Assembly (NCBI GenBank): GCA_963848425.1
Contig: CAWKDO010000005.1
Span: 82,403 to 146,402 of the forward strand
Direction of reading: 5' to 3'
From: an uncultured delta proteobacterium
Lineage (GTDB): Bacteria > Desulfobacterota > Desulfuromonadia > Desulfuromonadales > JACZKF01
DNA length: 64,000 nucleotides
Below the pieces are notes generated by a model. That model was given only the letters and a program-made list of their open reading frames with translations, was not told the origin of the DNA and made no database searches. A program made the position numbers and the translations under genes. Numbering within the stretch: position 1 is the stretch's first letter; the number at the start of each line of letters is the position of its first letter. Below, in pieces: positions 10,524-19,828 of this stretch.

Positions 10524-11541
10524 GGATGGTGACCTCATATTGCATTTTCCCAGGGGGGAGAGTTGTTCCTTTTTTGTTTTCTCCCTCGTATCTACCATAC
10601 ATTTCCCCTTCGGCTGCCGGACCGCCGAAGGATTCCCTGGCAAGTAGATACCAAGGGCCATCGGAGGGCAGATAGAGGTGATAGCGGCCATCTGGCCCGG
10701 TCGGGGAAGAGAAATGATCGGGAGTTCCAGTCATATCGGATGTGCGATAGGCGAAAACGCGCACCCCGGCAACCGGTATCATTCCCGATTTTAAAACCTT
10801 GCCGGTAAAGCCATGAGTTGGGGTAGTTTCCCCTTCCTCAATCGTGGAGAGGCGGGTGACCGTCTCAATTTTGATTTCACGAAATTGCCCTGTCTCCAGG
10901 TGCAGCGGATTGCCATGATAAAAATTGAAGTAGTCGCCGATCTCGATCGGGCCGAACTGACCTCCCTTCCCGCGTTTACGGGCAAGAAGCCAATAATCCC
11001 CCGGAGGCAGCCGCAGTCGGAATCTTCCTTTTTCCACCGGCTGGACCAAATAGGCTGGTCCCTTGAAACCGTGATCGGGGTCACGGTAAATGTAGAGATA
11101 GCATTTCTCCAGTAAATTCCCTTGAAAAGTGATCTCTCCGCGAATTCCGGTCCCTTCTCCGGCTCCCGTGGGCGCCTCCTCGGGAATGCGAATCAGGTTG
11201 AAATGTACAGGGGTCCAGGAACTGTCGGTAACCCGAGCCGGTGCGCCGCTGAAGTAGCAGAAATGCTTTCCCGGCCGGGGTCTGTCTTCGTAATCGCGTG
11301 CGGTCAGGTAGTACTCCCCGGCGGGAAGGGCCAAGGTGTAGGCGCCATCAGTAGTGGTAGGAGCACTGGTCGCCAAGGTTTTTCCAATAGCGATATCTGC
11401 AACCGAACGGTAGGCGCGCACCTTGACCGCAGGGACGAGTTTTCCCTGCCAAGCCACTCGGCCTTGAATGCCGCCGGACCAAGCCGATGCTACCAGCAAG
11501 AAGACAAGGAAAAAAGAGTAAGTAACTGATCTGAAATTCAT
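10498..11541 (-). CDS. Exported protein with three carboxypeptidase-regulatory-like repeats
   Basis: Signal peptide MNFRSVTYSFFLVFLLVASAWS; GIQGRV..VRAY..YYLTAR, YWLLAR, WYLLAR..GEMYGRY; paralogue of 50-1204. Confidence 0.8.
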   Translation of the reverse strand: MNFRSVTYSFFLVFLLVASAWSGGIQGRVAWQGKLVPAVKVRAYRSVADIAIGKTLATSAPTTTDGAYTLALPAGEYYLTARDYEDRPRPGKHFCYFSGAPARVTDSSWTPVHFNLIRIPEEAPTGAGEGTGIRGEITFQGNLLEKCYLYIYRDPDHGFKGPAYLVQPVEKGRFRLRLPPGDYWLLARKRGKGGQFGPIEIGDYFNFYHGNPLHLETGQFREIKIETVTRLSTIEEGETTPTHGFTGKVLKSGMIPVAGVRVFAYRTSDMTGTPDHFSSPTGPDGRYHLYLPSDGPWYLLARESFGGPAAEGEMYGRYEGENKKGTTLPPGKMQYEVTIHVEPKRGT

Positions 11542-11762
11542 ATGTCTTTTTTTTGTGGGCAGCGGCATCCGATTCCAAATTCACGGTTGGAAAACAGAAC
11601 AGCGTGAACAAATGACAGTATTTCGCCAAATTCTTGCTGGGGCTCTTTTGCAAGCAAGTGCGGGAGAACTTTTTCAGCCCCCAGATCTCAAGAATCTTTC
11701 ATTCCCAGAAAGGGAGAGGATGTTCGTGTACGGAGGGTTTAGCAAGCAGTGTGCCGGTGAAC

Positions 11763-11796
11763 AAAAACAGGGGCTGCCCGCTGGACAGCCCCCGTT
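11763..11796 (-). terminator. Intrinsic terminator after the FG-GAP gene
   Basis: Minus strand GGGGCTGTCC-agc-GGGCAGCCCC then TGTTTTT. Confidence 0.7.
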
Positions 11797-11820
11797 CGAT
11801 CCTGTGAAAAATCGTTGAGC

Positions 11821-13275
11821 TTATTTGGGCTCGACGATTTCCAGCGACTGGCCAGGTTTTACGCCGGCTTTCTTGACGATGCTGCCACTGGGGAAGATGA
11901 CTTCGAGGTCATATGTTTTTCCGGCCTTCAGTCCGAAGTGAGCTGTCGCCGGCTCCTGGGCACAGAATCCGGTGGCGGAACGTACTTCGCGCAGCGCGAT
12001 CAGCTTGCCGCCGCTGTACACTTTCACTTTAGCCCCGTAAGCATTGCGGTTGGAAATGCTCCCGGTCGGCTTCACTTTCAGCCAGTTGCCGTCGTTTTGC
12101 TGGTTCTCAAAAAGTTTATTCGGAGCGCCCCACTTGATTACGTAAAGATCGAGGTCACCGTCGTTGTCGATGTCGGCGAAAGCGGTTCCCTTGGTGCGCG
12201 AACCCTCGCATTTGAGGTATGGCATCTTGTCGGCGACGTTGGTGAAATTCCCCTTGCCGTCGTTGAGATACATTTGATTAGCCAGCTTGCAGTCACCTTC
12301 GTAGAGGTCGAGATCGCCATCGTTGTCGATATCGCCGAAGGCCGGACCTTTGCCCCAGCCGTCGTGGGCGCCCTTGATCTGCTCGGTCGCCTTGGTGAAG
12401 ATGCCTTTGCCGTCGTTCAGGTAGAGATTGTTGCCGCCGACATAATTGGAGACGTAAAGATCGAAATCGCCGTCGTTATCGATATCGCCGAATGCGGCGC
12501 CCAGACCCCAATTAGGATCGTCCACGCCGCGGACTTTGGCCTGCTCGGTGAAGGTGCCGTTGCCGTTGTTGATATAGAGCTTATTCGGTTCGCCGGCGGG
12601 ATAGCGGCCGTTGACAACGTAAAGATCGGGCCAGTTATCGCCATTCACGTCGGACCACACCCCCATCCAGCTCCAGGAGAGATCGCCGACGCCGGCGGCA
12701 TCGGTCACATCGATGAAGGTACTGTCACCGTTGTTGCGATAGAGAATGTTCTTGGCGCCCACGCCGTAGTTGGCGCAATAGATATCGAGCAGACCATCAT
12801 TGTTGTAATCGACGAAGGAAGCCGAATAGGTAAAAGCTTTCAGGCCAACGCCTGCCTTTTCCGTGACATCGATGAAGGTGCCGTCGCAGTTCCCTTTGAA
12901 GAGTCGATTCGCCTCGATCTCGTTCTGACCGCCGGTCGCCAGATAAAGATCGGCGCAGCCATCATTATCGTAGTCGCCGAACACGCTTCCCATGGTGAAA
13001 CCGGGATGATCGATACCGGCACCGGCGGTGGCGGTAATATCGCTGAAGACGCCGTTCCCCTGATTGAGATAGAGTTTGTTGGCGCCTCCCTTGTTGGAGA
13101 CGTACAGATCAGCAAGCCCGTCATTGTTGATATCGGCGAAGGCCACCCCTTTGCCGAGACCATCGTCTGCTACTCCGGCTGTAACGGAAATATCGGCGAA
13201 CTCTCCGGCAACCGCCAACCCTGCGCTACATACCAAGGCAAACATGAATCCGACAGCATTCCACCATTTCACCAT
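11821..13275 (-). CDS. CRTAC1/FG-GAP repeat protein with ASPIC/UnbV domain
   Basis: Signal peptide from MVKWWNAV..; seven D(I/Y)(N/D)NDG..D(L/I)Y repeats; SNRNAYGAKVKV..AHFGL. Confidence 0.9.
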   Translation of the reverse strand: MVKWWNAVGFMFALVCSAGLAVAGEFADISVTAGVADDGLGKGVAFADINNDGLADLYVSNKGGANKLYLNQGNGVFSDITATAGAGIDHPGFTMGSVFGDYDNDGCADLYLATGGQNEIEANRLFKGNCDGTFIDVTEKAGVGLKAFTYSASFVDYNNDGLLDIYCANYGVGAKNILYRNNGDSTFIDVTDAAGVGDLSWSWMGVWSDVNGDNWPDLYVVNGRYPAGEPNKLYINNGNGTFTEQAKVRGVDDPNWGLGAAFGDIDNDGDFDLYVSNYVGGNNLYLNDGKGIFTKATEQIKGAHDGWGKGPAFGDIDNDGDLDLYEGDCKLANQMYLNDGKGNFTNVADKMPYLKCEGSRTKGTAFADIDNDGDLDLYVIKWGAPNKLFENQQNDGNWLKVKPTGSISNRNAYGAKVKVYSGGKLIALREVRSATGFCAQEPATAHFGLKAGKTYDLEVIFPSGSIVKKAGVKPGQSLEIVEPK

Positions 13276-13444
13276 GCCTACTCTCCTTTTCACCGAAATT
13301 ACCAGATAATCCTTCGTTGAATACACAGCTGACTGTTGCGAGTTTAAATCTGGGAAAAGAGCCATATTACAAGCCCTTTCCGAGACAATAAAGAGCTCTC
13401 GAGGAACATAGGGAAAAGATTAGCTTTCCCAGCAGGCCTTATAG

Positions 13445-13461
13445 ATGCAAGATTTGAACCG
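13445..13461 (-). promoter_or_regulatory. Putative sigma54 (-24/-12) promoter, leftward
   Basis: Minus strand CGGTTCAAATCTTGCAT = GG-N10-GC with TTGCA. Confidence 0.45.
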
Positions 13462-13637
13462 CCTAAATGGCGGCCTCTCAATAGTCCAAGGGGGCATCAA
13501 GTTTTTGATTCATGGCGCCGGGAAACGGTTGGGAAAATTTCGTCGAACAGAGAAAAAATAATTGGCAGGAAACCGTCTCGGAAAAAGAGAAGGCACTCTG
13601 TTCCGTCCATCCAAAACGACCGACGGATGAAGATGTA

Positions 13638-13654
13638 TTGGTATGTTAATTGCT
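13638..13654 (+). promoter_or_regulatory. Putative sigma54 (-24/-12) promoter, rightward
   Basis: TTGGTATGTTAATTGCT, close to the TGGCAC-N5-TTGCW consensus with exact GG-N10-GC spacing. Confidence 0.65.
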
Positions 13655-13712
13655 CTTGATGCCTGCCTGTTCCTTTGTGAAATTCGGCAGCTGCCGTATT
13701 GTCTGGATGCTC

Positions 13713-14759
13713 ATGGACCTGTTTTGTTCCCGACTGTTAGTTGTCCTCGCGATCCTGCTTTTCCTGGTTGGCTGTCGGGATATGCCAGCGGATCGACTTT
13801 ATGCCCTTTCCCTGGATCATCCACCAACAGCGGCGGACTGGGAACGGGCGCTGCCGCGCACGGTGACGGTGAAAGGGGGCCGGCTGCATAAACTGGTTCT
13901 GTTGCCGGAAATCGATGCCGATACCGTGCATACGTCCACCGCCTCCTGCCATCATGGCGCCGCCCTTCCCGATCCTCTGCCGGTGGACATGCGTGCCTTC
14001 TATACCAGAAAGGAACTGTTTCTTCGCCTTTCCTGGCCCGATTCCACCCGTGACGAGGGGATCATGGAATGGCGCTTCGATGGTGAAAAGTGGGTGAATT
14101 CCGGAGGCATGGAAGACGGCTTTGGCCTGTTGTGGGACGTTGCCGGGCATTTTCCCCGTTTTACCTGCGCCGTCGCCTGTCATCTGCACGACTTTGGCGT
14201 CAGTCGGGGAGGATTTCGAGCCAGCAACAAGATGAAGCTGGCGAAGAAAGAGGAATGGCTGGATTTCTGGAACTGGAAGGCGCAACGCACCAGTCGCTAT
14301 GGTTTCGCCGACGATCGCTATCTGGACAGCGAAGGGATGCACGGCGACGTCTCTGGCGAGCTGTTTGTCGAAAATTCCCGTACACGCCTGGAGAAAGGGG
14401 ACCTGCCCCCCTTTGCCGAAGGGGATGCGCCAATCTACGATGCCGAAGGTTTGCCGGTCGTTAAAAAATTTCGACCGGCCGGCAGCACCGCGCCCGGCTA
14501 TCTGACCGAACGGCCGACCGGCGGGCGAGCCGATGTTGCTGCCTTCACCACCTGGGCGAACGGGCGCTGGACGGTCATTTTGCGGCGGGCGCTTGAAACC
14601 GGCGATCATCGGGACGCCACTTTTATGCCCGGCGGGAAGGCTCTTTTTTTCGGTTTGTCAGTGATGGACCATACGCTGAACGAACATTACGCCTCGGTGA
14701 CCGAGGAAAGCATTGTCCTGCTCCCGGTAGGGAACAAGAAGCTGGCAGAGGAGAATTGA
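13713..14759 (+). CDS. Lipoprotein with ethylbenzene-dehydrogenase-gamma/DOMON-like heme-binding domain
   Basis: Lipobox LVGC; LFLRLSWPDST..EDGF, LDFWNWKA.R...GFADD, W.NGRWTVILRRAL.TG; CAVACH; start placed downstream of the sigma54 site. Confidence 0.75.
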   Translation: MDLFCSRLLVVLAILLFLVGCRDMPADRLYALSLDHPPTAADWERALPRTVTVKGGRLHKLVLLPEIDADTVHTSTASCHHGAALPDPLPVDMRAFYTRKELFLRLSWPDSTRDEGIMEWRFDGEKWVNSGGMEDGFGLLWDVAGHFPRFTCAVACHLHDFGVSRGGFRASNKMKLAKKEEWLDFWNWKAQRTSRYGFADDRYLDSEGMHGDVSGELFVENSRTRLEKGDLPPFAEGDAPIYDAEGLPVVKKFRPAGSTAPGYLTERPTGGRADVAAFTTWANGRWTVILRRALETGDHRDATFMPGGKALFFGLSVMDHTLNEHYASVTEESIVLLPVGNKKLAEEN

Positions 14760-15511
14760 TGATGATTCTGTGTCGTTCGTACGTTCTTTCCATTTTCCTT
14801 TTTCTTCTGATTCTATCCGGATGCAACGACCGGACCGGGACGGGGTTGGCCGCCGGCGGAATGGGGCGTATCCAGGGGCAGGTGCTGGTTCCGCTTGAAG
14901 GAACGTATCTGTATATCTATAAGAAAGGGATGGATCTCTACGGTCCGGCTTTTGCGGTGTCCACCGCCACCGGAGCGGATGGTGCATTCGATCTGCAGCT
15001 TCCCCGCGGCGATTACATTGCCGTCGCCCGCAAACGGCAGAATGGCGATAGCGCCGGTCCGGTGCTGGCTGGCGACAACAAGAGCGATTTCATCAATTTC
15101 AGTGTGCAAGCGACGGAAACCCGGCTCACCGTCATTGCTCCGGCCAAAATCGGTGACGAGCGGCGCCTGACCGCCGAGGCTGCCATCGGCAAGACCGGTC
15201 TGGCCGGTCATATTGTCGATGCCGATGGCAAGCCGGTGGAGGGAGCGCGGGTGCACGTCTACGATCATGTGCAGATGTCCGAGCGGCCGAAGTTCGTCTC
15301 CGAAAAAACCGGCCCGGACGGTGTCTACATGATCTCTCTGCCGGAAGGTGGAACCTACTATCTGGCCGCCCGCGACAAGTTCGGCGGCCCGCCGAAACTT
15401 GGCGATCTCTACGGTCGCTACGATCAGGGGACGATCGAGCCGTCGGCAGTGGTGGTGCGTGAAGGTTTGATTCTGCAGGGGACCGATATTACGGTGACCA
15501 AGGTATGGTAG
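14756..15511 (+). CDS. Lipoprotein with two carboxypeptidase-regulatory-like repeats
   Basis: Lipobox LSGC; YIAVARKR, GARVHVY, YYLAAR..GDLYGRY. Confidence 0.8.
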   Translation: MMMILCRSYVLSIFLFLLILSGCNDRTGTGLAAGGMGRIQGQVLVPLEGTYLYIYKKGMDLYGPAFAVSTATGADGAFDLQLPRGDYIAVARKRQNGDSAGPVLAGDNKSDFINFSVQATETRLTVIAPAKIGDERRLTAEAAIGKTGLAGHIVDADGKPVEGARVHVYDHVQMSERPKFVSEKTGPDGVYMISLPEGGTYYLAARDKFGGPPKLGDLYGRYDQGTIEPSAVVVREGLILQGTDITVTKVW

Positions 15512-16407
15512 TCCGTCGCTTGCCGATCATTTTGCTCCTTCTGCTTCTTTGCGCCTGTCGGCAGGAGACGCCCCTCGATCTGGAGGCGGTGAAAGGTCGG
15601 GCGCAGGCCGGGGACGCGGACGCCTGTAAGCAGCTGATTTCTCTGCTGGCGACCGCCGAGAACGACATCAATAGCCGGGTCTATCCGGCGGTGCTTGAAG
15701 CGGGCGAGCGGATTGTTCCGTACCTGCTGGAAAATATCGAAACCACCGACCGCATCCGCCGCGAGCATGTCATTGCCGCTTTGGGAACGCTGAAGGTCAG
15801 GGCGGCGATCCCCGCCATCGGCCGTGTTCTTGGTAATCCCGGTCTGGAGCGCCGCTATGTCGCCGCTTGGGCACTAGGGGAGATTGGCGACCCGGCAGGG
15901 GTTCCCCCGCTGGTGCAAGCCTTGAGCGATGCGAATGGCGAAGTGCGCCGTTATGCCGTCAAGGCGCTGATTCGCCTCAATCGCCTTGCCGTTCCGCTCC
16001 TGCTCGATTTTTTGCCGAGCGCCTCCCCGATTGGCGAATCGGGGGCGGTGCGGGCACTTGGCGATATTGGCGACCTGCGCGCCCTAGAGCCGCTGCTGGC
16101 ACGAGTCAAAGGACCAGCCCGTCAGGACATTTTTCTCGCACTGGGCAAGCTCAAGGATCCGCGCGCCGAAGCGGCACTCATCACCGGACTGGCCGATGCC
16201 GACTGGCAGATTCGGATGAACGCGGCAATGGCTTTGGGACCGCTCGCCGGGCCGCGAGCGCAAACAGCGCTGGAAAAGACGCTGGAGGACGAAGTGATGG
16301 TGGTGCGGGAGTGGTCGGCGCGGTCGCTCGATATGTCCAGCGGTCGGCGTTTTCTTTATCGCAACGAAAAGGGGAAGTATGTCGCACCCTATAGCGTTTA
16401 CCATTAG
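15505..16407 (+). CDS. HEAT/PBS-lyase repeat lipoprotein
   Basis: Lipobox LCAC; repeats R..AA.ALG.IGD..A...L...L.D. Confidence 0.85.
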   Translation: MVVRRLPIILLLLLLCACRQETPLDLEAVKGRAQAGDADACKQLISLLATAENDINSRVYPAVLEAGERIVPYLLENIETTDRIRREHVIAALGTLKVRAAIPAIGRVLGNPGLERRYVAAWALGEIGDPAGVPPLVQALSDANGEVRRYAVKALIRLNRLAVPLLLDFLPSASPIGESGAVRALGDIGDLRALEPLLARVKGPARQDIFLALGKLKDPRAEAALITGLADADWQIRMNAAMALGPLAGPRAQTALEKTLEDEVMVVREWSARSLDMSSGRRFLYRNEKGKYVAPYSVYH

Positions 16408-16443
16408 GCCGGCCCTTCTGGGCCCCCTTGGCGGGAACTGCCG

Positions 16444-17949
16444 ATGTTGAAAAATCTCCTTGCCATTCAGATCCTCGGTCCGTTGCTGCGTTCCGTCTGG
16501 ATCTGGCGGCTGCTCCGTTCTGGTCTCCTGATCCTGCTCTTGGCCATGATTGCTTACGGCTGGCATCAGCATGGCATCCCCGGAGTGGAGGCCAAGGACC
16601 CGCTGATGTATACCAATCTCACCACCCATTTTTTTTGGGTCTGGTGGCTCATGGGGGTGGTCTTCCTTGCCTTTTTTTTCGGTCGCATCTGGTGTGCCGT
16701 CTGCCCGGTCGGCTGGCTGAACGCCCTGGTTGCCGAGCATGGCCTGCAACGCGAGCTTCCCCTCTGGTTGCGCAACTTTATGCCGGTCACCTTAACCTTG
16801 CTTGCCCTGCAGTTGGCGGTCTATTTCCTGACTATCCACCGTTACCCCGATTACACGGCCGTTCTTTTAGCGTTGATGGTGCTATTGGCGGTCGTGGTCG
16901 GCCTGTTCTTCCGCAAGCGCGCCTTCTGCTCTCTTTTTTGTCCGGCCGGTGCGGTATTCGGTCTGTATGCGCGGGTGGCGCCATTTCAATTGCGGGTGAA
17001 GGATGCCGCGGTCTGCGCCGCCTGTACCGGCAAGGAATGTGTCGCCGGCGATCGTATCTGGCAGCGTTTCGCCCTGGGGAGAGCGATCCTTTTCTGGCAT
17101 GGCCGACGCGGCGACTGTCCGGTCGATCTGCTCCCGGCGGAGATGCGCGACAGCGCCGATTGCCACTTGTGCCTGAACTGCGCCCGCAACTGCGGTAGCG
17201 ACAATATCCTGCTTGGGCGCCGCCCTTGGCTGGCCGATCTCGGCCACGGAATCCCTTCGCCATCGGAAACCGTCTTTTTTCTCGTCCTGCTGGGGATGCT
17301 CACCGCCAATTTCAGCAAGGTCTATGTCGATCTGCGCGAGGCGATCTTTTTCCTCCCCGAGCAGGCGGCGCTCCTTCTCGGCTGGCAGGCCGGCGGCTAT
17401 TTCCTTCTGGCCGTTCTTTGGGTCGCGCTCCTCTTTCCCTTTCTCATGCTTCTTCCGGGCTACCTGATTTTGCGCGTCGGTGATTTGCAATCGGGGGTGG
17501 TGGCTGCCGGGCCAGAGGAGGCGGGGAGAATGCCCACGCCACCGCTCCGTCCCGGTCTCTGGGAAGCGCTGGGTGTCCTGTCGCTTCCCTGTATTCCATT
17601 GGTCCTGTCGGCGCACATGGTGCTGGCGGTCGTGAAGATCAATGCCAAGGCTGGCTACCTGCCCTTTGTCTTGCGGGATTCGAGCGGTGTCCAGAGCTAT
17701 CTGGCAATGAATGTGATGCAAACGGTGGCAGCACCGGGTGTCCTGATACCTCTCGACCTCCTCAAATGGCTGGTGGTGCTCCTTCTCGCGGGCGGCTATC
17801 TGCTCTCCCTCGCCGGAGCCGGGCGGGTTGCCCGTGGGCTGCAGGGGCGATTCGCACCAAAAAACTATAAGGTTGCAGCTGTTGCCGGTCTTACCCTTAT
17901 CGGCGCCCTCTACCTGGCAACGGCCATACGTTGGTTATTCATTCGTTGA
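16444..17949 (+). CDS. Polytopic 4Fe-4S-binding membrane protein (NapH/NosR/YccM-like)
   Basis: GRIWCAVCPVG, RAFCSLFCPAG, CHLCLNCARNC; many TM helices. Confidence 0.8.
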   Translation: MLKNLLAIQILGPLLRSVWIWRLLRSGLLILLLAMIAYGWHQHGIPGVEAKDPLMYTNLTTHFFWVWWLMGVVFLAFFFGRIWCAVCPVGWLNALVAEHGLQRELPLWLRNFMPVTLTLLALQLAVYFLTIHRYPDYTAVLLALMVLLAVVVGLFFRKRAFCSLFCPAGAVFGLYARVAPFQLRVKDAAVCAACTGKECVAGDRIWQRFALGRAILFWHGRRGDCPVDLLPAEMRDSADCHLCLNCARNCGSDNILLGRRPWLADLGHGIPSPSETVFFLVLLGMLTANFSKVYVDLREAIFFLPEQAALLLGWQAGGYFLLAVLWVALLFPFLMLLPGYLILRVGDLQSGVVAAGPEEAGRMPTPPLRPGLWEALGVLSLPCIPLVLSAHMVLAVVKINAKAGYLPFVLRDSSGVQSYLAMNVMQTVAAPGVLIPLDLLKWLVVLLLAGGYLLSLAGAGRVARGLQGRFAPKNYKVAAVAGLTLIGALYLATAIRWLFIR

Positions 17950-17973
17950 TCACAATTTTTCGGAGAAATACAG

Positions 17974-18270
17974 ATGGAAGAACCAAAACCGGAAATGAAG
18001 GTGGAAATCCAGTTAGACGATGAAATTGCCCAGGGGATCTACGCCAATATGGCTGTGGTGAATCATAGCGAAACCGAGTTCACCATCGATTTCATTTTTA
18101 TGCAGCCGCAAGCGCCGCGGGGGAAGGTCCGCACCCGGATTATCACCTCACCGCAGCACTGCAAGCGGCTGCTGCGCGCCCTGGAAGATAATTTGCGCCA
18201 ATACGAACAGAATTTTGGTCGCATCGATCCGGCAGCAGTCATTTCCTCTCCGGCCGGCAGCTGCAATTGA
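17974..18270 (+). CDS. DUF3467 family protein
   Basis: IQLDDEIAQGIYANMAVVNHSETEFTIDF..RIITSPQHCKRL. Confidence 0.8.
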   Translation: MEEPKPEMKVEIQLDDEIAQGIYANMAVVNHSETEFTIDFIFMQPQAPRGKVRTRIITSPQHCKRLLRALEDNLRQYEQNFGRIDPAAVISSPAGSCN

Positions 18271-18411
18271 AAAGACGAAACCGCATGCGTGCAGGAGATT
18301 CTGGCCAGATCATCTGAGCCCCTTTTCATCCGTCGATTGTTTTCGCCAGTTCTGGGGATAAAGTGAGAAGAAGCAAGGAATAGCAATCCTGGAACGAGAT
18401 GAGGAGGTCAC

Positions 18412-18597
18412 ATGTCGCTGATGAAAACCTGGTACACGCCACAGGAAGCCGAGGCCAAGTTTGGGATAAGCAAGGAGCAGATCCTGGAATGGGTAGAGGC
18501 GGGTCTGGTGCGCAGCGAAGAAGAAAGCGGGCAGGTCATGCGGGTCAATATCGACGATGTGCAACTGCAATCGGATACGCTGCTGCGCGAGTCGTAA
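18412..18597 (+). CDS. Small MerR/excisionase-type HTH protein
   Basis: WYTPQEAEAKFGISKEQILEWVEAGLVR; GAGGAGG RBS; abuts lhgO. Confidence 0.7.
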   Translation: MSLMKTWYTPQEAEAKFGISKEQILEWVEAGLVRSEEESGQVMRVNIDDVQLQSDTLLRES

Positions 18598-19809
18598 GTG
18601 GAACAGCTTTTCGATGTGGCGGTGATTGGCGGCGGCATTGTCGGCGTTGCCACGGCAGAAGCCCTGACCGAAGCAACCTCCGGTCTTTCCCTGGTGCTGC
18701 TGGAAAAAGAGCACCGCCTGGCCGCGCACCAGACCGGCAACAACAGCGGGGTCATCCACTCGGGGCTGTATTACCGTCCCGGCTCCCTGAAGGCGCGCAA
18801 CTGCATCGCTGGCCGCGACGCCCTGTACGAATTCTGCCGGTCGTGGGAACTGCCGTTTGAACGCTGCGGTAAGGTCGTGATAGCGGTCCGCGACGAAGAG
18901 TTGCCGGCGCTGGCGGAGTTGGAAAGACGGGGGCGGGAGAATGGGCTGCAGGGGCTGGAGCGCCTTGACGGCGGGCAGATCCGCCGGATCGAACCGCATG
19001 CGAGTGGCATCGCCGGACTCTTCGTACCAGACACGGGGATTGTCGATTATGTCCGGGTCACCGAAGCTTTTGCCGATAGGGTGCGCGCGCAGGGGGGTGA
19101 AATCCGCACCGGCGCCCGGGTCTGGGGGGTGCGCCGGCAATCCGGAGGCTTCCGCCTGCTGACCACCGTCGGTCCGGTTTTCTGCCGGGCTCTGATTAAT
19201 TGCGCCGGGCTGCACAGCGACCGGGTGGCGCGGCTCTGCGGTATCGACTCCGGCGTGCGCATCATCCCCTTCCGCGGCGAGTATTACCGGCTGCGAACCG
19301 AGAGCCGTACGCTGGTGAAGAACCTGATTTATCCGGTCCCCGATCCGGTGCTTCCTTTTCTCGGCGTCCACTTCACCCGGATGATCAACGGCGAGGTGGA
19401 AGCCGGTCCGAATGCCGTTCTTGCCCTGAAACGCGAGGGCTACGGCCGCCTCAGCTTCTCTCTGCGCGATACCCTCGACACCCTGTCCTTCCCCGGTTTC
19501 TGGCGCATGGCCGGTGGTTACCTGCAGACCGGTCTCAACGAATACCGACGTTCCTTTTCCAAACGGACTTTTGTGCGCGACCTGCAGCGTTTATTGCCGG
19601 AAATTCAGGGGAGCGATCTGGCGGCGGGGGGGGCCGGAGTGCGGGCGCAGGCGGTGGGGGTGGACGGGAAGTTGCTCGACGACTTTCGCATCGCCGAAGA
19701 GGCAGGGATGATTCACGTTCTCAACGCCCCCTCGCCGGCGGCAACCGCTTCCCTCAGCATCGGGCGTACGGTGGCGCAACTGGCGCGGAAGAATTTTGGC
19801 CTAATGTAG
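18598..19809 (+). CDS. lhgO: L-2-hydroxyglutarate oxidase
   Basis: GGGIVG, HQTGNNSGVIHSG.YY, PFRGEYY, IYPVPDP..PFLGVH, GVRAQA, NAPSPAAT. Confidence 0.93.
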   Translation: MEQLFDVAVIGGGIVGVATAEALTEATSGLSLVLLEKEHRLAAHQTGNNSGVIHSGLYYRPGSLKARNCIAGRDALYEFCRSWELPFERCGKVVIAVRDEELPALAELERRGRENGLQGLERLDGGQIRRIEPHASGIAGLFVPDTGIVDYVRVTEAFADRVRAQGGEIRTGARVWGVRRQSGGFRLLTTVGPVFCRALINCAGLHSDRVARLCGIDSGVRIIPFRGEYYRLRTESRTLVKNLIYPVPDPVLPFLGVHFTRMINGEVEAGPNAVLALKREGYGRLSFSLRDTLDTLSFPGFWRMAGGYLQTGLNEYRRSFSKRTFVRDLQRLLPEIQGSDLAAGGAGVRAQAVGVDGKLLDDFRIAEEAGMIHVLNAPSPAATASLSIGRTVAQLARKNFGLM

Positions 19810-19828
19810 GCGGCGACGTGCTGTTTTA

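Noticed and set aside
11815-13320. 501-aa ORF on + (likewise 27796-29232, 29369-30640, 32423-33499 on -)
   Set aside because: Antisense shadows of well-supported genes in GC-rich DNA
1267-17949. Nitrous oxide reductase (nos) or nap cluster
   Set aside because: Only fold-level similarity to NosD, NosR and NapGH; no nosZ, nosFY, nosL or napA in the window
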